Shown piece by piece: positions 20,818 to 31,006 of a DNA stretch of 64,000 nucleotides. Source of the DNA: Ignavibacteriota bacterium (GTDB lineage Bacteria > Bacteroidota > Ignavibacteria > UBA10030); assembly GCA_963701295.1 (NCBI GenBank), contig OY969585.1:352001-416000 (forward strand). Reading direction: 5' to 3'. The notes beneath the pieces are model-generated. The model saw nothing but the letters and a program-made list of their open reading frames with translations, made no database searches and was not told where the DNA came from. Every line of letters starts with the position of its first letter. Positions within the stretch are counted from its first letter, which is position 1. Made by a program: the position numbers and the translations under genes.

Positions 20818-22761
20818 CTAATATACTCGTACGATATTACCGCCTGCTTCAATTGCTTTCCGAAGAACGCGGTCCGTATTCTCCAACAAATCAACGTCAG
20901 ATGTTTCATCGATTGCACCGGCGACACCCACGCTGATCGTTACAGAAAAACTTTTATTGTCGATATTAAGGATATTGCTGGCAACATTTTTACGGATCTT
21001 CTCTGCCCATAACGATGCTTCATTGGATGTCGTATTCACAAGAAGGATGACAAAACAATTAAAATCAAACCTGCCGACGACATCATAGGGACGAATGGAA
21101 ACCTTTACCATGCGGCCAACATTCTGCAGTATGAAATCAAAGGCTTCCCTGCCATAACGTGCAATATGATCATCCATTCGGTCGATGGAAACCATTACTA
21201 AGGATAAATCATTCGAAAAATCACTTGCACGCTGCACTTCTTCATGCAAACGGCCCATAAAACTCTTACGTGTCGAGACACCTGTTGTTTCATCAAGCGA
21301 AATGTAGTTGTTCATGACTTCCGTGAGACTCAGAATTTCCAACGCCCACGATGAAGTCTCGGCAAGCTTCTGCACTAGTTTTACATCAGCATCGGAATAT
21401 GTTTTTGGATCCTTACTTTCTATAACCAATGCGCCATAGCACCGATTCAATGAATTCAGCGGTATGATAACCAATGCGCCCTTCGATTCACACCGTTCGG
21501 CTTGATAAAACCGCGGTACCGTAGTGGTGGACAGATCATCAATGATCTTAGGAACACTAGTCTGTATGACTCCTATGACCAAACTCTGTTGAGGATCTAG
21601 TTCACTCATAAGTGGAACGTATGGATCGTTCATTCGGTTCAGGAGATTGTGCACAACCCAAGATTTTCTGCTGTCATCAAATAAAACAATTGCAATATAA
21701 TCCCATGGAACCAGTTTCGATGTCTCCTCGGCAAGAGACCGTGTGATGGAATGAGCGCCGAAGTCAATACTCAGCTGTTCGCGCACACGACTAATCGATC
21801 GGAGTACCTCAGAATCCAACAGGAGATCATACTTGGATGTATAGCTTCGAATGAGCGTCGAAATAAGCTTTGCAATCTGTGCCAGTGAAGTGATCGTTTC
21901 ATTTCCATAGGCATCCGCTTCTAAACAATCCAAGGCAAGAACTGCTACCGGATCCTGTGATTGAATTCCACTAAAAAATATCGGCACGCCCACAAATGTT
22001 TTAACTACATCTATTGACTCGTAATATGGCACGATATCACCTTGACCAAGAGCATCCACAAAATTGATGATTTGTGGTTTTCCATTCACTGCAATTTGAC
22101 TGACGACATCAGAACCGATTGGCAATCGTCTGTTTGTCATGAATTTTTCGCTGTCGGTCGTATACCCTTCGAGCACTAATTGCTGTTTTTCTCTATTCAT
22201 CCAAAAAAGAGCAACTGTATGGGCAAATTGAACATCCTTCACGACACTCAACACCCGTTGAATCAGCGCATTGAATTCGGCTCTCGGACCTTCCTCGGCA
22301 TTTTCTCCGATGCCGGGAGTGTCGATAAACTCATTCAACTCAAACACTGTTGTAGTTATGTTTTCTGAATCCTTTTTTCCCAACGCAATATTGTCTCGCT
22401 CATGGTGTATTGGTTGTGAATGTTCCGGCTCATCAACAAAATCAACTTGAAATTGCTTGCCAGTAACTTGAAAATCATCAAAAACGAGTTTCTTCATCCG
22501 AATATTAGACTCCTCTGGTGCGAGAGAATGACGATCCTCATCTCTTGCTTGGATAAAAATTCCTCTGCGTTTCCCCACTCGTACAATCACATAAGCGATC
22601 AATACTGCAGAAAACAATAAGAGCACTGTCTTCACAAATATAGCTGAGAGAACAAGTCCCCAAAAAAATGAAACGACGCCCACCACTACAATCAATTCCT
22701 CTGCAAGCGTTAACGAATGCATTAAGGAAAAGAATGTATTGAACCTTCGGGCGTCAGTCAT
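20818..22761 (-). CDS. Membrane-anchored GAF-GAF-GGDEF protein with a degenerate active site
   Basis: Two N-terminal TMs, two GAF-like domains, GGDEF fold with RPYD I-site but DFNCF in place of GG(D/E)EF. Confidence 0.88.
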   Translation of the reverse strand: MTDARRFNTFFSLMHSLTLAEELIVVVGVVSFFWGLVLSAIFVKTVLLLFSAVLIAYVIVRVGKRRGIFIQARDEDRHSLAPEESNIRMKKLVFDDFQVTGKQFQVDFVDEPEHSQPIHHERDNIALGKKDSENITTTVFELNEFIDTPGIGENAEEGPRAEFNALIQRVLSVVKDVQFAHTVALFWMNREKQQLVLEGYTTDSEKFMTNRRLPIGSDVVSQIAVNGKPQIINFVDALGQGDIVPYYESIDVVKTFVGVPIFFSGIQSQDPVAVLALDCLEADAYGNETITSLAQIAKLISTLIRSYTSKYDLLLDSEVLRSISRVREQLSIDFGAHSITRSLAEETSKLVPWDYIAIVLFDDSRKSWVVHNLLNRMNDPYVPLMSELDPQQSLVIGVIQTSVPKIIDDLSTTTVPRFYQAERCESKGALVIIPLNSLNRCYGALVIESKDPKTYSDADVKLVQKLAETSSWALEILSLTEVMNNYISLDETTGVSTRKSFMGRLHEEVQRASDFSNDLSLVMVSIDRMDDHIARYGREAFDFILQNVGRMVKVSIRPYDVVGRFDFNCFVILLVNTTSNEASLWAEKIRKNVASNILNIDNKSFSVTISVGVAGAIDETSDVDLLENTDRVLRKAIEAGGNIVRVY

Positions 22762-22985
22762 TGAGTCTCGAGAGTCTTATAGTTGCCCTCAAATTTCATT
22801 AAATTTACCTGTTTTGTGCTGAAAAGTCAACCAATCATATAGATATTAATTGTTTCTAACCTGGCACGGTCAAACGGATGTTTTATTACGATTGCATTCG
22901 CCAATTGCTTGCGGCAGTATTTTTTTTTGTATAACTTTTTGCCGTTGAGTTGTCTCTTCTTCATATCTTTTAGTTGGAAGCGTTC

Positions 22986-25511
22986 ATGAAAGCTGTTATC
23001 ATGGCTGGCGGGTTTGGTACACGTTTGCGACCTCTCACCAGCAACATTCCAAAACCAATGGTTCCAATGGTCAATAAGCCTATTATGGAGCACATTGTTG
23101 AACTGCTCAAAACACACAACATAAAAGATATCGTCTCCACGCTCTTCTATCAGCCGGATGCCATCACAGGCTATTTTGGAGATGGAAGCGCCTTTGGCAT
23201 TAACATGCAGTATCGCAAAGCAGAAGCGGATTATGGAACAGCGGGAAGTGTCCGTAATGCGAAAGATTTTTTAGACGAGCGTTTTTTAATTATCAGTGGA
23301 GATGTTCTTACCGATTTCGATTTGACAGCCGCTCTTCACTTCCACGAAGAGAAGAAAGCAAAAGCCACATTGTTGCTTACACGAGTTTCCAATCCACTCC
23401 AGTTTGGAGTTGTTTTAACAAAAGAGAATGGAAAAATTGCACGTTTCCTTGAAAAACCATCGTGGGGAGAAGTATTTAGCGACACGATCAATACAGGGGT
23501 TTATATTATAGAACCTGAGGTGTTGGATCTTATACCTGAGAAACAAGAATTTGACTTTAGTAAGAATCTCTTTCCCATTCTCTTGAAACGTGACCTTGGC
23601 CTCTATGGCTATATCGCAAAAGGGTACTGGAAGGACATTGGCAGTTTAAACGAATACCAGGATGCACACATGGATGCCCTCCGTGGTGATGTAAAATTAC
23701 ACATCAAGGGAACGAAGAAGGAAAATCTTATCCTTGGGGAAGGTACAACCGTTGAGACTGACCTGCGTCATCTTACAGGAGCAAGTATCATTGGAAAGAA
23801 CTGCCGGATACACAATGGAGCCGTTATCAGTAATTCTGTTATCGGCGACGATTGCGAAATTTTCCCAGGAGGTATCATTCGCAATTCTATCATCTGGAAG
23901 AAATCGAAAATTGGTGCTCGTTCCGAATTATCGTTCGATGTCATTGGAGCCGGATGCACCATCGATGACGATGTCGTCATCCTCGAAAACGTTTTCATCG
24001 GCGATTCGTGTAGTATAGGAAAACGGAGCAAGCTACTTTCCAATATTAAGATATGGCCGGATAAAAGTATTGAGGACGGTTCGATCGTTACACGTAGTCT
24101 GGTATGGGAAGATAGATGGCTGCGAGAACTTTTCACCGACGCCCGCGTCACTGGTCTTTCTAATATAGAAATCAGCCCGGAATTTGGCGCAAAATTAGGA
24201 GCAGCATTTGGTGCGCTTGTTGGAGCGGGTTCGTCCGTTGTCACGAGCCGTGATTCGGACAATGTCTCACGAATGATAAATCGCGCAATTATGTCAGGTC
24301 TCATGTCTGCCGGAGTACATTGCACCGATCTACGCACAACATCAATACCCATTGTCCGGCACGAATTACAAACCGGAAAAGAACGCGGCGGCATCCACGT
24401 CCGCAAATCTCCATTCGACAGAAATAGTTCCGATATCATTTTCTTCGATTCACAAGGAAAAGACTTGCCATCAAGCAAGACAAAGTCTATAGAACGGCTG
24501 TTCTTCGGTGAAGACTTCAACCGCGCTCATCACAATCAAGTCGGCTCAATCTCATTCCCTGAACGCACAACGGAAAGCTACATTCAGCGATTCTTGGAAA
24601 CACTCAATACCAATGTTATTCAATCTGCAGGTCTGAAGTTGGTGATTGACTATTCGAACGGAATCGCTTCCACCATTTTCCCGAACATTCTTGGAAATAT
24701 GAACGTTCAAGTGATTGCTCTCAACGCATATCTCGACAGCCGAAAAATTACCCGAACAAAAGAAGAGTTCGACGAATCATTGCATCAACTGGCATATGTT
24801 GTCACTTCACTGAAATATGATATCGGTTGTATGCTCGATGCTGGGGCAGAAAAGATCTTTATTGTCGATGAGCAAGGGACTATTATCGATAGTGATCGTT
24901 TGTTAACGCTGATAGTAAAATTCTTAGCGCTCGCTAAAAACGATATTGCCAAGTTTGCCGTTCCCATTTCTGCAAGCGGGGAAATTGATCTCATTGCAAA
25001 AGATTTTAATTTGGAAGTCGTGAAGACACGCGACAGCCACCTTGCGCTCATGGATGCAGCAACCGACAAGCAAATTAAGTTTGTCGGCGGAACAAAGGGC
25101 GGATTTATCTTCAACGAATTCCTCTTTGCTTCCGATGGAATGTATTCTATTTCCAAATTACTTGAATGCATCGCGATAACGAAAAAACGAATCGGTCAAC
25201 TCGATAAAGAAACTCCGCGGCTCTATTTCGTCAAGAAAAATATCTCGTGCCCGTGGCATACGAAGGGACGCATAATGCGTAAGCTTACAGAGCAGTCGGA
25301 ACGAATTCCTCGCGATTTGATCGAAGGGATCAAGCTCTATCCATCTGATCTCGGGGCACATACATCAATTTTGTTGAGTCCCGATCGCGCACGGCCGATG
25401 TTTCATATTAACGCAGAATCCAGTGTTGTAGTTGTGGCTGAGCGTCTTGCGAACGAATATGAGACCCTTATTCAGCAGTGGATTGAAGGTGGGCAACTGG
25501 AAGAATTGTAA
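22986..25511 (+). CDS. Mannose-1-phosphate guanylyltransferase fused to hexapeptide repeats and a phosphomannomutase-like domain
   Basis: MAGGFGTRLRPLT..PKPM, FLEKP, left-handed beta-helix repeats, C-terminal PGM/PMM-like domain. Confidence 0.93.
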   Translation: MKAVIMAGGFGTRLRPLTSNIPKPMVPMVNKPIMEHIVELLKTHNIKDIVSTLFYQPDAITGYFGDGSAFGINMQYRKAEADYGTAGSVRNAKDFLDERFLIISGDVLTDFDLTAALHFHEEKKAKATLLLTRVSNPLQFGVVLTKENGKIARFLEKPSWGEVFSDTINTGVYIIEPEVLDLIPEKQEFDFSKNLFPILLKRDLGLYGYIAKGYWKDIGSLNEYQDAHMDALRGDVKLHIKGTKKENLILGEGTTVETDLRHLTGASIIGKNCRIHNGAVISNSVIGDDCEIFPGGIIRNSIIWKKSKIGARSELSFDVIGAGCTIDDDVVILENVFIGDSCSIGKRSKLLSNIKIWPDKSIEDGSIVTRSLVWEDRWLRELFTDARVTGLSNIEISPEFGAKLGAAFGALVGAGSSVVTSRDSDNVSRMINRAIMSGLMSAGVHCTDLRTTSIPIVRHELQTGKERGGIHVRKSPFDRNSSDIIFFDSQGKDLPSSKTKSIERLFFGEDFNRAHHNQVGSISFPERTTESYIQRFLETLNTNVIQSAGLKLVIDYSNGIASTIFPNILGNMNVQVIALNAYLDSRKITRTKEEFDESLHQLAYVVTSLKYDIGCMLDAGAEKIFIVDEQGTIIDSDRLLTLIVKFLALAKNDIAKFAVPISASGEIDLIAKDFNLEVVKTRDSHLALMDAATDKQIKFVGGTKGGFIFNEFLFASDGMYSISKLLECIAITKKRIGQLDKETPRLYFVKKNISCPWHTKGRIMRKLTEQSERIPRDLIEGIKLYPSDLGAHTSILLSPDRARPMFHINAESSVVVVAERLANEYETLIQQWIEGGQLEEL

Positions 25512-25617
25512 TTTCATTTGTATTTTGATAGAAATTCTGCAATCTTTGATAGTTCACCTCAAGTTGGAGGTGAACCTCCGCATTCCTTGATGGGACTCTG
25601 GCGGCTTGGAGACTTGA

Positions 25618-26088
25618 ATGAAAATTACTGACATATTAAATGAATCGGTTGTGCGAACGAATCTTCCTGGCGCAACAAAGGAAGAAGTGATTAATGCAAT
25701 GATCGAGCTTGCCGGCACTCAGAAACAAGTTGTCGACAAAGAGCACATGCGTAACGCAATTTTTGATCGAGAAAAAATCATGTCCACCGGAGTTGGATCA
25801 GGGTTTGCGATCCCACACGGCAAAACGGACGCAGTGAACGACATCGTTGCGGCATTTGCGGTCACTGCACATGCTATTGATTATCAATCATTGGATGATC
25901 AACCTGTACGGCTGATATTTCTTCTCGTGGGGCGTGATAATATGGTCGGCCCACACATCAAGCTCCTGAGTCGTATTTCTCGTCTGATGAACAAAGAAGA
26001 TTTTCGGAAACAACTCCTTGAAGCGGGAACACCTAAAGACATCCTAGAGATCTTTCGACAAGAAGAAGCTGCTATTACTGAGGGATAG
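25618..26088 (+). CDS. PTS IIA-type protein (fructose/nitrogen-regulatory family)
   Basis: REKIMSTGVGSGFAIPHGK (phospho-His), D.QPVRLIFLL, HIKLLSRISRL. Confidence 0.93.
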   Translation: MKITDILNESVVRTNLPGATKEEVINAMIELAGTQKQVVDKEHMRNAIFDREKIMSTGVGSGFAIPHGKTDAVNDIVAAFAVTAHAIDYQSLDDQPVRLIFLLVGRDNMVGPHIKLLSRISRLMNKEDFRKQLLEAGTPKDILEIFRQEEAAITEG

Positions 26089-26166
26089 CTTCGCCGACGT
26101 GTACACACTTCATATCAATACCCAGCTCATGAAAAATCGTTGACATTGCAGGAAGGGCTGCGCATT

Positions 26167-27414
26167 TTGAAATTTCGTACGATAAAAGGCACAAAAGATA
26201 TTCTACCAGATGAAATCGCCGGCTGGCAGCACGTGGAATCGGTTGTCCGCGGTGTAATGCACGACTTCAACTATCGGGAAATCCGCACTCCCGCATTCGA
26301 ACAAACAGGTTTGTTCGCTCGCAGCATTGGCGAACTTACAGATATTGTCAGTAAAGAAATGTACACCTTTTTCGACCGAAGCGAGGAAAGCCTCACCCTC
26401 CGCCCGGAAGGAACTGCAGCAACGTTGCGTGCATATATTCAAAATAATCTTGGCGAACAATCACCACTGACGAAAGTATATTATATTGGCCCAATGTTCA
26501 GGCAGGAACGCCCGCAAGCCGGACGATTACGCCAATTTCATCAGTTCGGTGCAGAATCACTCGGCGCATTATCACCACTTCTAGATGTCGAAATGATGGT
26601 CTTGCCACTGGAAATCTACAAACAGCTTGGCATTGATCGCTTAGCGCTCAAGGTCAATTCTGTAGGATGTGAGAAGTGTCGCCCAGCATACAAGCAGCTT
26701 CTACAAACAAAGCTGCGCAAAGTATTCTCCAAACTTTCTCCGGACAGTCAGGTACGAGTTGAACAGAATCCGCTTCGTGTGCTTGATTCTAAAAATGAAA
26801 AGGATCGGGAGTTGACGGCCAGTATGCCGCTCATGAATGAACATCTTTGTAAAGAATGTGATTCACACTTTGCAGCAGTTCGGTCAGTATTCGAAATGCT
26901 GGCCATTTCATACGTTGTTGATGGCAGACTCGTCCGCGGACTCGATTATTATACAAAGACTGCTTTTGAAATCACGAGTGCTGCGCTTGGATCGCAGGAT
27001 GCTCTCGCTGGTGGCGGCAGATATGATTTGCTTGTTGAAGAGCTTGGCGGTAAATCCACACCAGGAGTTGGATTCGCTGCGGGAATCGAACGACTCTTGA
27101 TGGTGCTTTCAAAACTCGGGAAAAGCAGCCAGAAGCAAGCTCCGCCAGTTATTTATTTTGTTGGATTAGATGAAGCAGCTCGCATATGGGCATTTCTGAA
27201 AGCGAGTGAGTTACGCCGAAAAGGAATTTGCGCCGAGGTTGACTATCTTGGGCGAAGCGTTAAATCTCAGATGAGAGAAGCAAATCGGCAACAGGCACGC
27301 TATGTCATTGTAGTAGGTGAGCAAGAGCTCAAGACCAAAGCTGCCAAATTGAAAAATATGCTCACTGGTGAAGAAACTATTATCTCTCTCGATGAGATCA
27401 AAATCCCTCCCTGA
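26167..27414 (+). CDS. hisS: Histidine--tRNA ligase
   Basis: KGTKDILP, LRPEGTA, FRQERPQAGRLRQFHQ, LVRGLDYY, GGGRYD. Confidence 0.98.
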   Translation: MKFRTIKGTKDILPDEIAGWQHVESVVRGVMHDFNYREIRTPAFEQTGLFARSIGELTDIVSKEMYTFFDRSEESLTLRPEGTAATLRAYIQNNLGEQSPLTKVYYIGPMFRQERPQAGRLRQFHQFGAESLGALSPLLDVEMMVLPLEIYKQLGIDRLALKVNSVGCEKCRPAYKQLLQTKLRKVFSKLSPDSQVRVEQNPLRVLDSKNEKDRELTASMPLMNEHLCKECDSHFAAVRSVFEMLAISYVVDGRLVRGLDYYTKTAFEITSAALGSQDALAGGGRYDLLVEELGGKSTPGVGFAAGIERLLMVLSKLGKSSQKQAPPVIYFVGLDEAARIWAFLKASELRRKGICAEVDYLGRSVKSQMREANRQQARYVIVVGEQELKTKAAKLKNMLTGEETIISLDEIKIPP

Positions 27415-27416
27415 CT

Positions 27417-27818
27417 ATGGCAAGTAAGAAAAAACGAGATCCTGATTATACGTTGAACATCTTTCAACATTATGATGAGAAGACCAAGCGAAATGTAGTT
27501 GTATTTCTCGTTCAGACGACAAAAATATTTGTCAGCTTCCGCTATGAAATTCTATTAGAAGATGAAATTGTCGGCAATGAGATTCATCTCCGTATTAAAG
27601 GGCTTCATGTTCCTGAATTGTTGATGCCGCAATCAGGTCCTGCACAGGGACGGCATGACTATACACAACTTGAGGGAACGTATCATCTCATTGTAACAAA
27701 ACAAGATAAGACGGTGAATGAATTCTCGGTACACATTACATCAGGATCTGTCGATATCAAGCAAAAACCCAAAACGCCGTTTATCATAATTTCAAATGAT
27801 CCTGTGAATCTTACTTAA
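27417..27818 (+). CDS. Hypothetical protein
   Basis: 133-aa ORF starting 3 nt after hisS; beta-rich; no family recognised. Confidence 0.7.
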   Translation: MASKKKRDPDYTLNIFQHYDEKTKRNVVVFLVQTTKIFVSFRYEILLEDEIVGNEIHLRIKGLHVPELLMPQSGPAQGRHDYTQLEGTYHLIVTKQDKTVNEFSVHITSGSVDIKQKPKTPFIIISNDPVNLT

Positions 27819-27874
27819 TTTAATGATTGTATGCATTGATAATTTTATGATTTTTCATTTTTAATTGATTCTCT

Positions 27875-28699
27875 ATGTGCCCACGACTTTTCCAAATCGG
27901 TCCTTTTACTGTTTATGGTTATGGATTGATGCTTGCACTCGGATTCATCGGCGGCAGTTATCTGTTCGTCAGCGAATTCAAACGCCGCAAACTTAATCCA
28001 AATATCGCTAACAATATTACACTCATTGCTTTAGTTGCTGGAGTTGCAGGCTCGAAGATATTATATTTAATTGAAAATTGGTCTTCGTTTATCCTTGACC
28101 CTTTTGGCATGACGTTTAATCCCGGCGGATTGACATACTACGGTGGATTTATCCTTGCAACTTTATCCATTTATATGTATGGAAATAAAAAAGGAATAAA
28201 ATTTTTTACTATCGCCGATGCCATAGCACCCGGTCTGATTCTCGGTTACGGAATCGCTCGCATTGGATGTCACCTAGCGGGCGACGGCGATTACGGTTTC
28301 CCAACGACTCTTCCGTGGGGAACAAATTATTCCAACGGAACGTACCCTCCGTCAGTTGCATTTCAAGATTTTCCTGAAATTACGAGCCAATTCCCTAGAG
28401 GAATCGTTCCAAATAATATTCCCTGTCATCCCACACCAGTGTATGAATTCATCATCTGTGCATTGATATGTTGGTTTCTCTGGAGCATCAGGAAGAAAAC
28501 AATACCCACCGGCAAGCTCTTTATGATTTATTTGATGTTGGCAGGCATTGAACGGTTTATCATAGAGTTTCTTCGTCCTAATCCAAGAATTATTTTCGGT
28601 TTAAGCGAAGCACAACTTATTTCGTTGGTACTCATCGCGCTGGGGCTTTTTGGCTGGCAGAGGTTCACCACGTCGGTCCAAACATCAAAACCAAAGTAG
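27875..28699 (+). CDS. lgt: Prolipoprotein diacylglyceryl transferase
   Basis: YGLM, GGLTYYGG, RIGC.LAG, HPTPVYE, RFIIEFLR. Confidence 0.96.
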   Translation: MCPRLFQIGPFTVYGYGLMLALGFIGGSYLFVSEFKRRKLNPNIANNITLIALVAGVAGSKILYLIENWSSFILDPFGMTFNPGGLTYYGGFILATLSIYMYGNKKGIKFFTIADAIAPGLILGYGIARIGCHLAGDGDYGFPTTLPWGTNYSNGTYPPSVAFQDFPEITSQFPRGIVPNNIPCHPTPVYEFIICALICWFLWSIRKKTIPTGKLFMIYLMLAGIERFIIEFLRPNPRIIFGLSEAQLISLVLIALGLFGWQRFTTSVQTSKPK

Positions 28700-28700
28700 A

Positions 28701-29438
28701 ATGGACAACCTTATAGTTGGCAGGCAACCGGTTCTGGAAGCGCTCAAATCGCGTCAACCTATTGAGAGAATTTTGATTTTACATGGCACTTCCGGCAGCC
28801 ACATTGAGCAGACAAAACAGCTCGCTAGAAAACTTGCCATTCCTGTCAAGGAGACAGACAAAGAGCGTTTTGCTGAACTCGCTGGCGATTCTCAGGCGCA
28901 AGGTATCATTGCAATAATCGATGCCTACCGTTATGTCGAGATAGAGGAAATTCTCGCCATCGCTCAGAAAAAAAATGAACTGCCATTTATTCTCGTCCTC
29001 GATGAAATTGAAGACCCGCACAATCTCGGCGCACTGATTCGTTCTGCTGAATGTGCCGGTGTCCATGGTGTTATTATTCCGCTACACAATGCCGCATCCG
29101 TAAATTCTACTGTTGTCAAGACATCAGCAGGCGCTACGGCGCATCTTCCTATTGCGCGTGTTACCAACATCGCACAGACGCTTGATGAGTTGAAAAAAGC
29201 CGGAGTGTGGATTGTAGGAACAGAAATGAAAAGCGACAAGTTCTATTATGAACACGATTACCGTGGGCCGATTGCTATCGTCATTGGGAATGAAGGAAAA
29301 GGCATACGCCGATTGGTTAAAGAGAAATGCGACTTTTTGGTAAACATACCGATGCACGGAAAAATTGAATCGCTGAATGCTTCTGTGGCCGGTGCATTAG
29401 TAATGTTCGAAGCGGCAAAAGGAAGAAAGAATGCGTAG
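28701..29438 (+). CDS. rlmB: 23S rRNA G2251 2'-O-methyltransferase (SPOUT)
   Basis: GRQPVLEAL, DPHNLGALIRSA, GNEGKG, ESLNASVA. Confidence 0.95.
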   Translation: MDNLIVGRQPVLEALKSRQPIERILILHGTSGSHIEQTKQLARKLAIPVKETDKERFAELAGDSQAQGIIAIIDAYRYVEIEEILAIAQKKNELPFILVLDEIEDPHNLGALIRSAECAGVHGVIIPLHNAASVNSTVVKTSAGATAHLPIARVTNIAQTLDELKKAGVWIVGTEMKSDKFYYEHDYRGPIAIVIGNEGKGIRRLVKEKCDFLVNIPMHGKIESLNASVAGALVMFEAAKGRKNA

Positions 29439-29472
29439 CGTCCGACTTATAATCAATCGGAGGCATAATGAT

Positions 29473-29500
29473 GGAACACTCGCAGAGTGTTCCCCTTTTT
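29473..29500 (+). terminator. Intrinsic terminator after rlmB
   Basis: GGAACACTC-GCA-GAGTGTTCC followed by CCTTTTT. Confidence 0.6.
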
Positions 29501-29587
29501 AACTTCGTCCTGCTACGAGCAGGACTCTATGAAACCATTCCCCGAATTTTTGATCTCTACACCAAAAAAAATATTGTCCGTTTTCAG

Positions 29588-30958
29588 TTACTCTCCTTCT
29601 TTTTCCCCTTCCTTCATCAACCCATACTGTTTCATCTTGGTGTAGAGATGACTGCGTTGGATTTCCATTGCCTCGGCGGCTTTGGTAATGTTCCACTTGT
29701 GTATTTCCAATTGTTTTTTTATAAATGCCGCTTCTGCACGTTCTTTGAAATCTTGATACGTCCCGCTAATCTCAAGTGAACCTGTTACTTCTTTGCCGAT
29801 TGTTCCTCCAAATGCATCAAGTACGGAAATATCAATCGCTGTTCCTGGCGAAAGGATGACAAGTCGTTCGACAGCGTTACGAAGTTCACGTACATTGCCG
29901 GGCCATTCTTTTTGCAGAAGGACATGAAGTGCTTCGTCGGAAATCGATTTCCCGGCAATGCCATTTCTCGCGCAGACATCATCGATAAATGAATGCGCAA
30001 GAATTGAAATGTCATCACGATGTTCGCGTAATGCTGGAGCATGAATCGGAATAACATTCAATCGATGGAAAAGATCCTTCCGGAAATGTTCTTTAGCGAT
30101 TTCTTCATCTAATTTCTTGTTGGTCGCAGCCAGAACGCGAACATCGACAGCAATAAGTTTGTTGCTGCCGACGCGCTCTACTTTCCCTTCTTCCAAGACT
30201 CGCAGCACTTTTGCCTGTGCCTGTAAACTCATATCACCAATTTCATCCAGAAAGATTGTCCCACCATCCGCCTGTTCAAATTTTCCAATGCGCTGAACCG
30301 TTGCACCAGTGAAAGAACCTTTCTCGTGTCCAAATAACTCTGATTCGATTAACTCCGAAGGAATCGCTGCACAGTTCACTTCTACAAACAGTTTCGCCGC
30401 CCGTTTGCTTCCGCGGTGAATGGCACGAGCAATCAGCTCCTTCCCAGTTCCATTCTCGCCTGTTATGAGCACACGAGCATCGGTAGGTGCCACCCGATGA
30501 ATGACTGCAAGGATTTCTTTGATCTTCTCGCTTTCACCGAGGATGCACCGTTTTCCTTCCACATGCTCCTGCAGTTTTTCGTACTCTTCAGCAAGTTTTG
30601 CATGTTGCAATGCATTGCGGATGATCACAAGAAGTTTGTCTCGGTCAAGTGGCTTGGAGAGAAAATCAAATGCACCAAGTTTGGTTGCCTCCACTGCTGT
30701 TTCAATGGTGCCGTGACCGGAGATCATCACAACCGGCAGCTTTTCATTCTTCTGTCGGATCTTCGTCAGCACTTCGATACCATCCATACCGGACATTTTC
30801 ACATCCAACAAAATGACATCCACGGGGAAACGGTCAAGTTTTTGTATTCCTTGTTCACCATTTTCGGCAAATTCAACTTCATAATGTTCGTACTCGAGAA
30901 TCATTTTGAGTGAATCGCGCACAGATTTGTCGTCATCGATAATAAGAATAGTTTTCAT
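29588..30958 (-). CDS. sigma54-dependent response regulator (NtrC/NtrX family)
   Basis: Receiver domain, GENGTGKE, GSFTGA, FLDEIGD, WPGNVREL, Fis-type HTH. Confidence 0.96.
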   Translation of the reverse strand: MKTILIIDDDKSVRDSLKMILEYEHYEVEFAENGEQGIQKLDRFPVDVILLDVKMSGMDGIEVLTKIRQKNEKLPVVMISGHGTIETAVEATKLGAFDFLSKPLDRDKLLVIIRNALQHAKLAEEYEKLQEHVEGKRCILGESEKIKEILAVIHRVAPTDARVLITGENGTGKELIARAIHRGSKRAAKLFVEVNCAAIPSELIESELFGHEKGSFTGATVQRIGKFEQADGGTIFLDEIGDMSLQAQAKVLRVLEEGKVERVGSNKLIAVDVRVLAATNKKLDEEIAKEHFRKDLFHRLNVIPIHAPALREHRDDISILAHSFIDDVCARNGIAGKSISDEALHVLLQKEWPGNVRELRNAVERLVILSPGTAIDISVLDAFGGTIGKEVTGSLEISGTYQDFKERAEAAFIKKQLEIHKWNITKAAEAMEIQRSHLYTKMKQYGLMKEGEKEGE

Positions 30959-31006
30959 AGAAGCTTTCTGTTGTCAGGTATCAGCGTTCAATACTATGAG
31001 TGGTAT

